Assembly (NCBI RefSeq): GCF_016433145.1
Contig: NC_058135.1
Location: 91,342,699 to 91,406,698 of the forward strand
Direction of reading: 5' to 3'
DNA length: 64,000 nt
DNA from: Gracilinanus agilis
Taxonomy: Eukaryota
Of the stretch, positions 63,971 through 64,000 are shown piece by piece (the stretch's first letter is position 1; the number at the start of each line of letters is the position of its first letter). The notes under the pieces are model-generated. The model did not search any database, was not told the DNA's origin, and worked only from the letters and a program-made list of their open reading frames with translations. The translations under genes were made by a program, and so were the position numbers.

Positions 63971-64000
63971 CTCTGATCCTGGGCTATTATTATTATTGTT

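Overview
Eukaryotic, low-CpG, repeat-rich DNA from a didelphid marsupial, most likely the opossum Monodelphis or a close relative (inferred from SINE1_Mdo-, MAR1- and RTE-type repeats). It contains four sized assembly gaps. The only host protein-coding sequence I can support is the last exon of FBXO8 (+, 2945-3132, C-terminal part of the Sec7 domain) with its 3' UTR. The next ~49 kb are intergenic: L1, RTE, L2, MIR/MAR1 and SINE1 elements, hAT MITEs, several LTRs and a decayed ERV (pol tail, env, 3' LTR). A four-level nested insertion stack with readable target-site duplications lies at 20.0-27.9 kb. A 24-bp minisatellite built on the palindrome CACTTAAGTG lies at ~47 kb. The last 12 kb contain three CpG-retaining, transcription-factor-motif-rich blocks with no recognisable gene, probably regulatory DNA at the FBXO8 edge of the FBXO8-HAND2 gene desert if eutherian synteny holds. 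I found no convincing new protein-coding system. The best leads are the orphan CpG/enhancer cluster and the minisatellite. Family names come from recognition, not database searches, and most repeat boundaries are approximate unless a TSD is quoted.
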